NCBI GenBank assembly: GCA_045159875.1
Contig: CP067995.1
Coordinates: 2,528,001 to 2,592,000 of the forward strand
Origin: a cyanobacterium endosymbiont of Rhopalodia gibba
GTDB taxonomy: Bacteria > Cyanobacteriota > Cyanobacteriia > Cyanobacteriales > Microcystaceae
Direction: 5' to 3'
Length of the DNA stretch: 64,000 nt
The position numbers and the translations under genes are program-made. Positions 1 through 10,990 of the stretch are shown piece by piece; the stretch's first letter is position 1, and each line of letters opens with the position of its first letter. The notes beneath the pieces were generated by a model. The model saw only the letters and a list, made by a program, of their open reading frames with translations, ran no database searches and had not been told where the DNA came from.

Positions 1-319
1 TTTGAGGGGATCAGATGACAGCATTTTGTAGTAATCCTGAAAAGGAAAAAGAAGTCTGTCAATCAGGGACTGAGCATCTTGTTAATCCCCGTAATCTAGA
101 AGCAATTCAAGTTATTGAAAATTACTTGAATTTTATCATCTCTACGGTGAATGTTGGGATAGATGAACTTAAATATACTCTGTCTAAAAAGATAAATTGC
201 TCGCTCAAGATAGAGAACAGACAATTAATATAATAATGTTAGTTAGACAGAAATTTATGGAAGGAAAGGTAAACAGTCACTGGCTACTAAGATAGAGATT
301 TATTGAAGTCTTGTGCTAT

Positions 320-1130
320 GAAAATTAAATCTTATCTCGAGCTTACTGAAATATTTTATAATCTAAGTAATTTAGATCAAAGCCTTAGATAGAAAAATAA
401 TGCTGTTTCTTGATTTAAAGTATTTATTGAAGATAAAAAAATATTGTTTGTGTTTAAAAAAAAGCAAATGAAAGTTACGATTCTTGTAAGAAATCATTTT
501 CTATTTATACCAAACATAATCGTTTCGTGAGGCTTATACTCTAGACAGCGATGTTTTCTTGCTATTATTTCCAGATTTATAAAAGATAAGTTACAGAATT
601 AATTTTATATACTAGACTCTACCACTTATTTTTAAAAAACCTAGTAGTAGAATATACAAAAATTTTAGATATTTAGTTTTTTTTAAAAAAATTTATATAC
701 TATTGCATTAGGGGTTTAAACTATTTTTGATTATCAATGAATGCGGTAAATGATTAACTTTTAAGTTAACTTCAGGTAGAATAAATAACCGTAAACTAGT
801 TCTTACGCCAAGATAAAATTCGATTTGTCAATCATTGAAAGACCGAGAATATATTGCTTAATAAATATTTACAAACCTCTGTCAAAAAAGACTTCAAGTC
901 ATTCCTTGTCTTCAACAGAAGATGAGGATAAATTTAGTTAAACTGATTAAAACAATATCACTTAGTCAATGTCTTGCAATTGAAATTATTAATGATCAAC
1001 TTAAAAATCTTTCTAAGATTGAACATTTTAGATATCGAACAGTTCGAACTGTTTGGTTTAACCTTTTGCTCGACTGACTGCTTATACCTAATCTACCTGA
1101 AAGACATTCTCTTAATTTAGAATTAAAAGG
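320..1130 (+). mobile_element. Decayed IS982-family transposase remnant
   Basis: Manual translation across stops and frameshifts gives H*GFKLFLIINECGK*LTFKLTSG (~704-780) and NLVKLIKTISLSQCLAIEIINDQLKNLSKIEHFRYR (~931-1040). These match the IS982 motifs WHFGFKLHLIIND.GELL.F.LTPGN and KLIDKILLRKRA.IE.VNDQLKN.SQIEHSRHR. Confidence 0.8.
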
Positions 1131-1247
1131 TAGGTTTGGCTTGTATTCTACACGTCGAGGAAGAATGAGCCTTGAAATGGTGAATAAGTTTCAGCTTAAT
1201 TCATAGAAAGTGATGATCAAAGCAACAAAGCTTGTATAAAGCTTAAA

Positions 1248-1994
1248 TTATTTTTTTACTTCTAGGGCTTTAATTTGTTCAATGGCTGCGTAATAACCTT
1301 GATCATACCCCTGTTGTTCCCACAATTGAGCAGCTTTTTTAAAATCGGCAATCGCTTTTTGACTTTGTCCGAGATCAGATAAGACTAGTCCACGGTTGAA
1401 ATAAGCTTCTCCATAGTCTGGCTTAAGTTTAATTGCTTCAGTAAAGTCATTTTTAGCTAGATACGCCTGTCCTAGGTTTAAATAGGCTAATCCCAGATTA
1501 TTATAAGCAAAAGCATCATTAGGGTTGAGTTTAAGGGCTTTGACATAATTGGTGATTGCTTGTTCATCTTTTCCTAGGTGTAAGTAGACGTTCCCTCGAT
1601 TAACATAAGCTTCAACCAGTTTGGCATCGAGTTCGAGGGCTCGGCTGAAATCACTTAGTGCCAATTTAAACTTTCCTAAGTGGCTATACGCAAACCCCCG
1701 ATTAAAATAAGCATTAACATCATTGGGATTTTTTTCAACAGCTTTAGTAAAGTCTCTAGTGGCTCCTTGAAAATCGCCCTGACGACTTTTTGCAATCCCC
1801 TGTTGAACGAATTCAATCGGACCAGTTTTAACTAAATTAGCCTGGTTTGTTTTAGCAGAATTACGGTTACAGGCAATGTTTGGACCTAACAAAAATAGGA
1901 ATATAAGAAACAGGTAAACACGAGATTGAATCCTTAAGATTAGGAAGGATTTGAATGATGGAAAGCAAAAAACGGGGGAAGTTGGGAGATTCAA
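1248..1994 (-). CDS. TPR-repeat protein, probable lipoprotein
   Basis: Tandem TPR motifs (AYFNRG, AYVNRG, AYNNLG), an N-terminal hydrophobic stretch and a NIAC lipobox-like site; the true start may lie downstream. Confidence 0.85.
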   Translation of the reverse strand: MNLPTSPVFCFPSFKSFLILRIQSRVYLFLIFLFLLGPNIACNRNSAKTNQANLVKTGPIEFVQQGIAKSRQGDFQGATRDFTKAVEKNPNDVNAYFNRGFAYSHLGKFKLALSDFSRALELDAKLVEAYVNRGNVYLHLGKDEQAITNYVKALKLNPNDAFAYNNLGLAYLNLGQAYLAKNDFTEAIKLKPDYGEAYFNRGLVLSDLGQSQKAIADFKKAAQLWEQQGYDQGYYAAIEQIKALEVKK

Positions 1995-2206
1995 AATGGA
2001 TTGCTCGAATGAGTAACTTCAGAAAATTTAGCAATTAACTCTTAATCTACGAGAACCCAACTCTTGTTACTCAAGATTTGTATAGTTAAAGCACACCCGA
2101 ATAATAACTACTACTAGCAATCATAGTGCGACGTGTTGTTAACTAGACAAATGTGAGAAAACTGAGTATATTAACTTGGGTTATTTGTATGAGGAGTTAT
2201 CTTCCA

Positions 2207-2533
2207 ATGAAAAAACTGTTGGTATCTACTTTGATGATAGCGTTGACTGCAGCTCCTGGACAGGCTCAAACAGCAACTTATTATTCTTCTCACTATCACG
2301 GCAAAAAAACTGCATCAGGAGTAATATTTAACAATTATCTACCTTTAGCGGCCCATCCTTCCCTTCCATTTGGTACAAGAGTAAAGGTGACAAACCGTAA
2401 AAATGGTAAGAGCACCATTGTTCGAGTTGTGGATCGCTGTCGTTGTAACATTGATTTGTCTCGGGGTGCCTTTCAACAAATTGGTTCTTTGAAATCAGGT
2501 CGAATTCCAGTGAGTATTAAAGTTTTACGTTAA
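2207..2533 (+). CDS. rlpA: RlpA-family septal ring lytic transglycosylase (DPBB domain)
   Basis: Motifs ATYYS..YHG.KTASG, AAHPSLPFGT.VKVTN, VRVVDR and IDLS..AF; GAGGAG RBS at 2191 before ATG 2207 (the ORF track starts at 2153). Confidence 0.85.
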   Translation: MKKLLVSTLMIALTAAPGQAQTATYYSSHYHGKKTASGVIFNNYLPLAAHPSLPFGTRVKVTNRKNGKSTIVRVVDRCRCNIDLSRGAFQQIGSLKSGRIPVSIKVLR

Positions 2534-2741
2534 AATCAAGCTCTAAACCTCCTTTTTTCCATTTTAACTAAAATTTAGAACAAACACTTTATTGAGGGGA
2601 ATAATTTTTTATAAACCTCATGAATAGTCTTCGTATATTCGTAGGATAATTAAGTTCAGGCAATCAGTGTTAAGTGTTAAGATAACCCATATTTTAATTA
2701 TTAAACAAAGTTGCCCAATTACCAACAGAAAGGAGACAATA

Positions 2742-4043
2742 GTGGTTAGCACAGCATTATTCACAACCACGAAATCGGAAGAAATTTTCACCGCAGCCCA
2801 AAAATTAATGCCTGGTGGGGTCAGTTCCCCGGTACGAGCGTTTAAATCTGTTGGTGGACAGCCTATTGTATTTGAGCGCGTTAAGGGAGCCTATATTTGG
2901 GATGTAGATGGCAACCAGTACATTGATTATGTAGGAACCTGGGGACCGGCTATCTGTGGCCATGCTCATCCCGAAGTCATTACAGCTCTCCATGAAGCTT
3001 TAGAAAAAGGAACTAGTTTTGGTGCGCCCTCTTTGCAGGAAAATATCCTAGCAGAAATGGTTATTGAAGCCATTCCTAGTATAGAGATGGTTAGATTTGT
3101 CAATTCAGGGACAGAAGCTTGTATGTCTATCTTGCGCCTCATCCGGGCATTTACTCGACGCGATAAGATAATTAAATTTGAAGGGTGCTATCATGGCCAT
3201 GCTGATATGTTCTTAGTCAAAGCAGGATCAGGGGTTGCAACTTTAGGTTTACCTGACTCCTCAGGAGTTCCTAAAACCACGACTAGAGATACTTTAACGG
3301 CTCCTTATAACGATTTAGAAGCAGTTAAAACTCTGTTTGCCCAAAATTATGATAAAATCGCAGGAATTATTTTAGAGCCAGTTGTTGGTAATTCCGGTTT
3401 TGTAACTCCTGATGCTGGATTTTTAGAGGGTTTACGGGAGTTGACTAAAGAATATGGGGCTTTATTAGTATTTGATGAAGTAATGACCGGATTCCGTTTA
3501 GCTTACGGGGGAGCTCAAGAAAAATTTGGTGTTACTCCTGATCTAACCACCTTGGGTAAGATTATCGGTGGTGGTTTGCCCGTTGGAGCTTATGGAGGAC
3601 GTAAGGATATTATGGCAATGGTAGCACCAGTTGGTTCTATGTACCAGGCAGGAACCTTATCAGGTAATCCTTTAGCTATGACTGCGGGGAGCAAAACTCT
3701 TGAATTGCTACAAAAACCGGGTACCTATGAATATTTAAGTAGAATTACCCAAAAGCTGAGTGATGGCTTAATCACACTTGCTCGCGAAGCAGGTCATGCT
3801 ATTTGTGGGAGTTGTATCGGAGCTATGTTCGGACTATTTTTTACGGAAGGACCTGTCCGTAACTACGATGATGCAAAAAAGTCTGATCTACATAAATTTA
3901 GCCTTTTTCATCGGGGAATGCTTGAACATGGTGTTTATTTAGCTCCTTCTCAATTTGAAGCTGGTTTTACTTCCTTAGCTCATAGTGAGGAGGATATTGA
4001 TCGAACCTTAGAGACGGCCCGCAAAGTTTTCGCAACTTTGTAA
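2742..4043 (+). CDS. hemL: Glutamate-1-semialdehyde 2,1-aminomutase
   Basis: Motifs [25 protein letters not shown] and [26 protein letters not shown] at 2731 before GTG 2742. Confidence 0.97.
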   Translation: MVSTALFTTTKSEEIFTAAQKLMPGGVSSPVRAFKSVGGQPIVFERVKGAYIWDVDGNQYIDYVGTWGPAICGHAHPEVITALHEALEKGTSFGAPSLQENILAEMVIEAIPSIEMVRFVNSGTEACMSILRLIRAFTRRDKIIKFEGCYHGHADMFLVKAGSGVATLGLPDSSGVPKTTTRDTLTAPYNDLEAVKTLFAQNYDKIAGIILEPVVGNSGFVTPDAGFLEGLRELTKEYGALLVFDEVMTGFRLAYGGAQEKFGVTPDLTTLGKIIGGGLPVGAYGGRKDIMAMVAPVGSMYQAGTLSGNPLAMTAGSKTLELLQKPGTYEYLSRITQKLSDGLITLAREAGHAICGSCIGAMFGLFFTEGPVRNYDDAKKSDLHKFSLFHRGMLEHGVYLAPSQFEAGFTSLAHSEEDIDRTLETARKVFATL

Positions 4044-4253
4044 GTTAGAGAGTTTTAATTAGCAGTCAATGATTTAACAGAGTAAAGAGTGCTCTCTCTT
4101 CAATCGTTTAGGTGGTTTTCGGTGGAATGGCATCCACTTTCACACTAAACCTAATTTTTATATCTCCTGTTCGTCCCACCTTTCCAAACAATTTTGCCTT
4201 TCTCCAGATTCAAGTAGGTTCTTATGACAGAATTTAGTACTATATGTCAGGAA

Positions 4254-4302
4254 AATTTATAATTTCTCTTTTTTTGAAAATTTAAAAGAGAAATTATAAA
4301 TT
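4254..4302. repeat. Perfect inverted repeat, 19-bp arms
   Basis: aatttataatttctctttt / aaaagagaaattataaatt with an 11-nt loop. Confidence 0.9.
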
Positions 4303-4939
4303 GACTAATAGAAAAATTAGTAATAATTAGGAAAAAAAATTTGGGATAAAGTTTAAAGTTTTCGCTAAGGTTTGAACGTAGAGTTCAAGGATTATAACTA
4401 AAATATTCCTACATTTTTCTTGAAAAATATTTGGATTACTTGACTATTTTACTCATGTGTCGAATCTCAGCTGACAACAATGAGATTCTTAAACAAGAAT
4501 ATCAAAAATTTACAGGTTTTCGTACGTAACTGTTGCCATATTCCAAAATCCGCCTTTCAGTTGAACGAATGACCTCAAAAAAAATAAGGGACAATAGGCT
4601 TAGTCTGCTTTAATTATTTGATATGGTGGGCAGTGATCGGTGATCGTCTCTACGTTTAGATTAGATTTGGCTTGATCATTCATTCCCTATACTTGTAGTC
4701 CATAAAATGGTTAGTCAATACCCAGATCAAAGGCTAGAGAATAAGGTTATAATCTGGTTTCTACACCCCCAGGAATACGGAAAGGAGGCGGTTTACCACC
4801 CCCTAAGTGGATCACAATTGAAGGAGAAGCAAAACTCTATCCCAAATTCTGGGCTTTAACTCACCCTATCCTATAGCTTTGATACAATTTTGGGGTAAAT
4901 ATTTTTGTTCTCAGATAATTAGCAAGTATTTTAAATGTG

Positions 4940-4978
4940 TGACACTCAAAAATTGGGGTTGCCTGAAAAAAGGATTCT
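4940..4978 (-). mobile_element. Possible degenerate IS200/IS605 right-end remnant
   Basis: tgacactc...ggattct frame, as at 8887 and 54080; the internal hairpin is lost. Confidence 0.35.
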
Positions 4979-5229
4979 CAACTCTTTTAGAGAAGAGCAC
5001 TCAACTTAACTACTGTGAGTAAATTGAGTTCCATAGTAGTTCAAAAGTTTTCTCAATCTAACTTAGATAAATCTACTTTGAAAAAATTCAAGGTTAAAGT
5101 CTGAAAATAGAAGATGAAATCTCAGTCACTCGTGACGTGTCTGAGGTATCACAGCAAACAGATTTTTTCTATTCACTAAAAATATCTGTTTGTCTAACAC
5201 ATTAAATTCTTTATTAAGACTATTTCTAA

Positions 5230-6660
5230 ACTGTATGGAGACTGCTCTCAAGAAAGCCAGTTTTGCAAGTGTGAAACTGAATCTTACTACTAGAAGTCTT
5301 AGAGATAATCCCCGTTTTTAATAAAGAATTTCACAAATCTATAACTGATGTTATGAGGAGACAGCAAATAGTTTTGACTATCTGAGATACATCGAGTATA
5401 TCTAAATAAATTTCCTAAAATTGTTGAAGAACGACTAATCTTTACTCACTTTTGATATTTTTAGAAAATGTTACCCCAAAGTTAGGTCTGTAAAGTCTTA
5501 TCGACTTATTTTACCGTTAACTTAATATTTTGGCGATAATGATTTTGAGCTCGGATAATAATTAAATCGTTAAGACGACCAATGATAAATGACTCGTTAT
5601 AACGCAAAAATATTAAATCACCCGTTCGTAAAAGTGGATTGCCTTCTGTACTTTGGGTATCGAGTTTCAGTAAACTTAAGTTTACTGAAACTCGATACTC
5701 AACTCTCTTCTACTTGATCGGCAAAACACTTGCTGAAGGTGTCAGAGTTAACGATAAGTTTTTTTACTCTGAATCCAGACAACTGCAACTAACGATTTTC
5801 TAGACATTTTCCTTCTCATCAAGAGTTACCACAATACGATTGTTAGCTAACTGACTCTTATCAAGGTTAAACATGATTGATGACTCTGTAGGAGTTTTTT
5901 AGAAACAAGCTAAGTCGCAGTCCAAGTTAGGGGTTAGACTCTAAGTGGCTTTGTGTAACGAGAAATGGCTATCAACTAACATAAGGGCTTTTGTAGAAAA
6001 TCCAGTAGTGACACAATTTTAACAACAAAGATTACCATAGAGAGGCTGTAAAACTCCCAGCACTAACCCTGTTTTGTGGCTAAAGGGCAACCAGGTAATG
6101 GTATGGAGTTGGGCTTTAATGCCAGACTACTTATAGTCAATGGCAAAATTATGCATGATATTGTTGTGCTTTATCGTCACCCCTTTAGGTTTTTTTGTCG
6201 ATACTGTAAGTGCACTAAAAAAAGCTGGGCTATTACCATTTATAGTGAGTTTTTACCGGTAAGTTGCCAATTATGAACGATAAGTGTGATTTATTTTTAG
6301 TCCGTTTATGGTCGCAATTATAAAAGTATGGGCAAAGTATATCCTTTAAGAGCTCTAACAGAGATGTGGTGGTCAGAACTAGTTTTGTTTGAGTGTCAGA
6401 GGCGATTACTTCCAGTCTTGATAGAAACTGATCTAGACGCAGTGGACAGACCGGTATAATGACTGCCCCGCAAATAGATAGCCATAAATTCTAGTCCAGA
6501 AGAATATAGTAGCAATACCATTTTACCTTGAACATTTAAATACTGAAGTTAAGCTATTATTGTCTGCTTTTAATTCCCCTAATACTTAATAACTAAGACT
6601 GTCAGGTTAACATAGGGTTATATCCCATAACAAGTCTATTAAAGTAGAAAAAACTAGGAT
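5230..6660 (-). pseudogene. Fatty acyl-AMP ligase (FAAL)-type adenylation enzyme pseudogene
   Basis: Minus-strand fragments in the expected order: LLYSSGLEF, SRLEVIASD, KPKGVTIKHNNIMHN, WLPFSHKTGLVLGVLQPLYG, FLQKP, LLRTGDL, GRLNDLIIIRAQNHYRQNIKLTV, KTGIISKTSSSKIQ; many stops and frameshifts. Confidence 0.85.
5657..5698. repeat. Perfect 42-bp loopless palindrome inside the FAAL pseudogene
   Basis: gtatcgagtttcagtaaactt|aagtttactgaaactcgatac. Confidence 0.97.
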
Positions 6661-6799
6661 TTACTGAAATTAAATATTCTTTTATATCTATATTTGAGGA
6701 ATTAGAGTGAAGTTGATTCTGCTTTAATTGATATTAAGTTAAAAATAGAGAAGATGCTATAACTAACAATTCTCCTATTTTAAGGACTTATTTACTTTG

Positions 6800-6960
6800 A
6801 GTTCTCGATAAATTTGAGACAACCCTAACAGTATAATTTCATGATACTTACGTTCTGTCTTAAATTCTTTGAGTTTCGTATAATCTCCTAATCGACATAG
6901 ACTCCCTTTCCCGGAGCTGTCTTCCTCACTATCTAACTCAGAACGATTTTAGTTAGAAAA
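6800..6960 (-). pseudogene. Ferredoxin-like gene remnant (DUF2997-ycf35-ferredoxin cluster), Fe-S core deleted
   Basis: NRSEL...KGVYVD is joined almost directly to DYTKLKEFKTERKYHEI; the intervening Cys-rich segment is absent. Confidence 0.55.
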
Positions 6961-6984
6961 AAAATCAGTCATTAATCATTTTAG

Positions 6985-7185
6985 TGTTAAACAATTAAGT
7001 GAATTGGACTATTTTTATTCTTTTTTTATTAAGCAAACCAAAGTCCTTGTTTAGCGAGTTGGTTGATAATTACGCATGTAAGCATAACTAGAAGTTACCC
7101 GCTCCAGAAACCCTTCTACATTTCAGCGGTATTGCTTTTTCCTTGAAATTTTCTAACGATTTCGGTCCCTTCCTTCCAGTCAATT
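6985..7185 (-). pseudogene. ycf35: Ycf35/DUF1257 pseudogene
   Basis: Fragments IDWKEGTEIVRKFQGKSNTAE and GFLERVTSSYAY...NQLAKQG, with internal deletions. Confidence 0.7.
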
Positions 7186-7199
7186 ACCGTCTCAATTGA

Positions 7200-7385
7200 T
7201 TGGTTGTTTTTGCAAATTCATCGACGGTTTGAGTATAATCCTGCACAGTTTTCTCATTAATATAGAACTCGTCCTAATTAAGTTTTGATTGTTACACTCA
7301 TCTTTTGACAAGAGACTCCAACAACGTTTGTAATATCCTCTTGAACGAGACCGTCGGGACAGATAATAAATTCTAGGATTTCCAT
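7200..7385 (-). pseudogene. DUF2997-family pseudogene
   Basis: MEILEFIICPDGLVQEDITNVVGVSCQ followed by an in-frame stop; matches METLEFIIYPDGRVQE.VTGIVG.SC. Confidence 0.75.
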
Positions 7386-7639
7386 CAACATGGCTTATAC
7401 TCAGCTAATTGTAGGGAGAGGAAATCAGTTGTTACTCGAAAAATACCAGTTTTGCTGACAAGGTCTATTTCAATAATCTAAATAAACTACAAAATATTAA
7501 GTTATTTCTTAGCAATAATTAATAATTAAAATAAGAGTTACCCTTTTCGTAGGTAAAACCTCCTTGACTTTTTCTAAGAGTCAAAAGATTTTATTAAACT
7601 AAAATGAAAACATACAAAATCTTTTTAATTGAAAGAGTA

Positions 7640-8761
7640 TTAATTTTTAAGGGAACGAGGATCTAGAGCATCACGTAGTCCATCACCAAGTAGGTTAAAG
7701 GATAAAACGGTAAGAACGATAAAAAGGGCAGGTGGCCAAATCAACCAAGGTTGTAGCATTAGAATCGAGGCATTAGTAGCTACTGAAAGTAAATTCCCCC
7801 AACTGGGATCGGGTTGTTGAATTCCTAAACCAATGAGACTCAATACAGACTCAGCCACAATGAATCCAGGGACAGCGAGAGTGGCCGATATGATGATATA
7901 GGTAGCGGTTTGAGGTAACACATGACGAATAATAATTCGCCCAGGAGTTGCTCCCATCGCCTTTGCTGCCTGGATAAACTCCTGTTCTTTGAGAGAGAGA
8001 ACTTGACCTCTAATCACCCTTGCTAGTCCAGACCAACTAATAAGAGAAGTAATGAGAATAATGAGTAAAAATCGTTGTGCACTGCTTAAACTGGGAGGAA
8101 GAACTGCCGCTAAGGCAACTAACAGGTAAATTCCTGGAATAGTCATCAATACTTCTACCAGACGCATTAATACCATATCTAACCAACCCCCAAAGTAGCC
8201 AGAAATCCCTCCGACAAGTATACCGAGGGGAAAAGAAACTACAATTCCTACCAGGCCAATAAATAGACTAATTCTTCCGCCAAATAGCAATCGACTAAAT
8301 TCATCTCGTCCCTGTTCATCAGTTCCGAGGAGATTAAATTTAGCCTTTCCCACCGCCCCAAATAAATGGCGATCAACAAGTACCCCAGGAAACAGTTCCA
8401 CTTCTTCAAAAGCGGGGGGTAGAGGGAGGCGAAGTTGAAACAGTTGATAACGGTCACCTTTAATAAACAAACGAATAGGTGTAGGATTTTCAAAATCGAT
8501 ATTTAAAGTTCGTTCTCCTGTTTCCACATCTGTTGGACTTTGAGTTGTGGGGTAGATATGAGGTCCAATAAACTTCCCATCTGGGGTTGTCCAGTAGATG
8601 GGGGTCGGGGGTAATAAAGACCCGTCAACTTGAGAAAGATAGGGATTGTAGGGAGCAATAAAATCCGCTAATATTACTAATATATAGAAAAATATTAATA
8701 TAGCTGCTCCAAAACGAGCTAGATAGTTATTTTTAAGTTTTTGAAACCAGTTCATAAGCAC
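7640..8761 (-). CDS. Oligopeptide/dipeptide ABC transporter permease (OppC/DppC type)
   Basis: LGTDEQGRD.FSRLLFGGRISL, an EAA loop (FIQAAKAMGA...IIIRHVLP) and FNLLGDGLRDALDPR. Confidence 0.93.
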   Translation of the reverse strand: MLMNWFQKLKNNYLARFGAAILIFFYILVILADFIAPYNPYLSQVDGSLLPPTPIYWTTPDGKFIGPHIYPTTQSPTDVETGERTLNIDFENPTPIRLFIKGDRYQLFQLRLPLPPAFEEVELFPGVLVDRHLFGAVGKAKFNLLGTDEQGRDEFSRLLFGGRISLFIGLVGIVVSFPLGILVGGISGYFGGWLDMVLMRLVEVLMTIPGIYLLVALAAVLPPSLSSAQRFLLIILITSLISWSGLARVIRGQVLSLKEQEFIQAAKAMGATPGRIIIRHVLPQTATYIIISATLAVPGFIVAESVLSLIGLGIQQPDPSWGNLLSVATNASILMLQPWLIWPPALFIVLTVLSFNLLGDGLRDALDPRSLKN

Positions 8762-8886
8762 TATAGCTAATCATTTATATGTTGATTGTATAGTGGCTGA
8801 CTCGATCTTTGATCACCGATAGTAAGGTTTGGAGATAGGAAGATGAGAAAAATCTTTTACTTTTCAATTTCTGGAAACTCTGCAAA

Positions 8887-8923
8887 TTGACACTCTCACT
8901 ACCATGCTACGTCTTGGGATTCT
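8887..8923 (-). mobile_element. IS200/IS605 (tnpB) right-end remnant
   Basis: Minus strand reads agaatccca...gagagtgtcaa, resembling the GAATCCC..hairpin..GGGAGTGTCAA end of cyanobacterial IS605-type elements, which terminates in TCAA. Confidence 0.55.
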
Positions 8924-9259
8924 TAATTCGACAAAAATACCCATCCTTACAGGTCTGAACCAATCAAGATAAGGGACTTTAAATAAACACTGAAAAAGAA
9001 AATTATTTTGTATCTTTACATTAAAGTCCTCATAGTTAAACCTATATTACTTTTAAGAGAATAATCGACAACACTATAACCGAATATAATTTATTTGAAA
9101 ACACTCTGCTAGTCATTGAGTTGATTGGTCTTATTCTTAATCTCTATTAAAAATATCTATGGAGTATGGCTTTATTCTTTTGTGTAACCAATATTTTTTA
9201 GTTTTTTTACTTTAATTCATCCGAATAAAAACTACTTTTAGATTTTAATTAAATTGAAA

Positions 9260-9434
9260 AACTGCCGCACCGTTTTACCTCAGTTTATGACCTGGACGGA
9301 CCAGGTGGGTGCTGACGCTTTCCATTTCTGTTTCCGAGTACAAGCCCGGTTTACTACCACAAAAAGCTGTCTGCTCCCTAAACTTACAAAGCATAGATCA
9401 AAAAACTTTATTGGCAGTCACCAACGCGGCAGTT
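9260..9434 (-). ncRNA. ssaA: 6S RNA
   Basis: About 175 nt with complementary ends (aactgccgc / gcggcagtt) closing a long rod. It carries the cyanobacterial 6S-like sequence gtcagcacccacctggtccgtccaggtcataaactgaggtaaaacggtgcggcag, and a TGcTAGGAT extended -10 lies just upstream on the minus strand. Confidence 0.88.
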
Positions 9435-9538
9435 ACAACCTATCCTAGCATAATTGAAAGAGTTAAGGTTCTCTAGTTATTGCTATTAAGATGAATGCTG
9501 CTAGAATTATCCAGACATCTCTCAATCAGCAATCGCGG

Positions 9539-10770
9539 ATGAAGATTATTATGGTCTGGGCTCATCTACTTTTTCCTACCGTCCCATTCAGGGGAAAACT
9601 CAGATGAGAAAGTTTTCCTTGCTTAAATATCTCAATAAACGTCACGCTCTTACCCTTGTGACGCAATTCCCCAAGCAGATAATAGAAGAGGATATAATAA
9701 ATAGTTTAAGACAACAAATTAAAACTTATATTATTTTTCCCTCTGTTAGCCGCAAAGCTAATTGGTCAGGCTTTCTTGATAAAGCTAAACAATTAGGGGT
9801 CTTTTTCTAACAGGAAACTCCTCCAAGATTTTTATCGCATTATTCTCTCAAGATTCAAGAATGCTTAGACCAAGCTATAGATTCAGGAGAGTTTGCTCTC
9901 CTACCCGATGAAGGAAGTAGCAATGAAATTTATGTGCGTCCTTAGTGGCGGGAAAAATTGCCGACGCTGATCAATATCGTTTAGTATGGGGGATGTGTAA
10001 ACATTAAACAGAAACTCAGGCAACAGAATCTAGACTGCGTAATCAAATTAGTTTACCTTTATTACGTCGCTATGAAAAGCAGTATTGTGGTAAATTTTTG
10101 TCAGTTGTAATAACGTCGAAAACTGAGCAAAAATTACTAAAAGATTTAAAGCTAGAAACTCCTGTTACCCTCATTGCTAACGGCTTAGATTTAAGCAGGT
10201 TTCCCAACCGAACAGTCAATCCGGGAGCCAGCGTGTTATTTTTATTTGGGTGATGGACAAGCCTGGAAATATTATTGATGCAGCGCATTTCTTCAGTTTA
10301 GAAGTTTTCCCAAAACTGCGTAAACGTTATTCAGAAGGCACATTAGAATTGGTGGGAACTTGTCCTACCCTAGAAGTTAATGAACTCGGAAAAATTCCAG
10401 GGATTACATACAGTAATAGGTCAAGTGCCTTCAGTGATTGAATATCTTCATTGGGCAACAGTTTGTGTTATCCCTATTCGTAACAGTACGGGGACAAAAA
10501 TTAGAAGTATTCAGACTTTAGGGACACGACAGGTACTCCTCTAGTAGCGAGTGATTACGGTTTAGAAGGATTTACCCATTGACGGTACTGGGGTTCCTTT
10601 AAGTGCCATGAGGTCCAATGGGGTAGATGAGTATGTCTATGCTATTGGTCGTCTGTTTGAACAACCCAAGTTGAGAGAAAAACTGTCTATCAATAGTCGA
10701 GCTTTGGTCGAGCTTTGATCGAAAAAGAGTACACTTGGGAACGAACAGGCGAACATTATGAACAATTCCT
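9539..10770 (+). pseudogene. Glycosyltransferase family 4 pseudogene
   Basis: Fragments MKIIM..., KFSLLKYLNKRHALTLVTQ, LIANGLDLSRFP, NIIDAAHFFSLEVFPKLRKRY and ATVCVIPIR are split by many frameshifts; the small ORFs at 9604 and 10250 are pieces of it. Confidence 0.85.
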
Positions 10771-10804
10771 AATCCATTTAACATCATAAACAATTATAGT
10801 CACC

Positions 10805-10990
10805 CAATAAAAATTCCTGTTATCTATGCCTATCCTCGTTCAGGAGAAATATTAGTTAACCGATGTTTAGGAAGTATTCCAGACAATCTTATCCTATCGG
10901 AAGTCAATACTTTGTCCGCTGTCAGTCCTATTGTTTATCAAGCACAGCACTGGCTTAATCTTTTCACTGAATATCAGTATGTTAATTATT
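10805..10990 (+). pseudogene. Sulfotransferase-like N-terminal remnant
   Basis: KIPVIYAYPRSGEILVNRCLGSIPDNLILSEVN resembles the PAPS-binding PRSGT motif; it decays into AT-rich sequence. Confidence 0.55.

Noticed and set aside
15..233. 72-aa ORF at the window start
   Set aside because: No recognisable family; probably the tail of a gene or pseudogene cut by the window edge.
6076..6276. 66-aa plus-strand ORF
   Set aside because: Antisense shadow of the FAAL pseudogene.
9254..9448. 64-aa ORF
   Set aside because: It is antisense to the 6S RNA gene and has no protein-like features.
9604..10793. Small ORFs at 9604, 10070, 10250 and 10599
   Set aside because: They are fragments or antisense shadows of the GT4 pseudogene, not independent genes.
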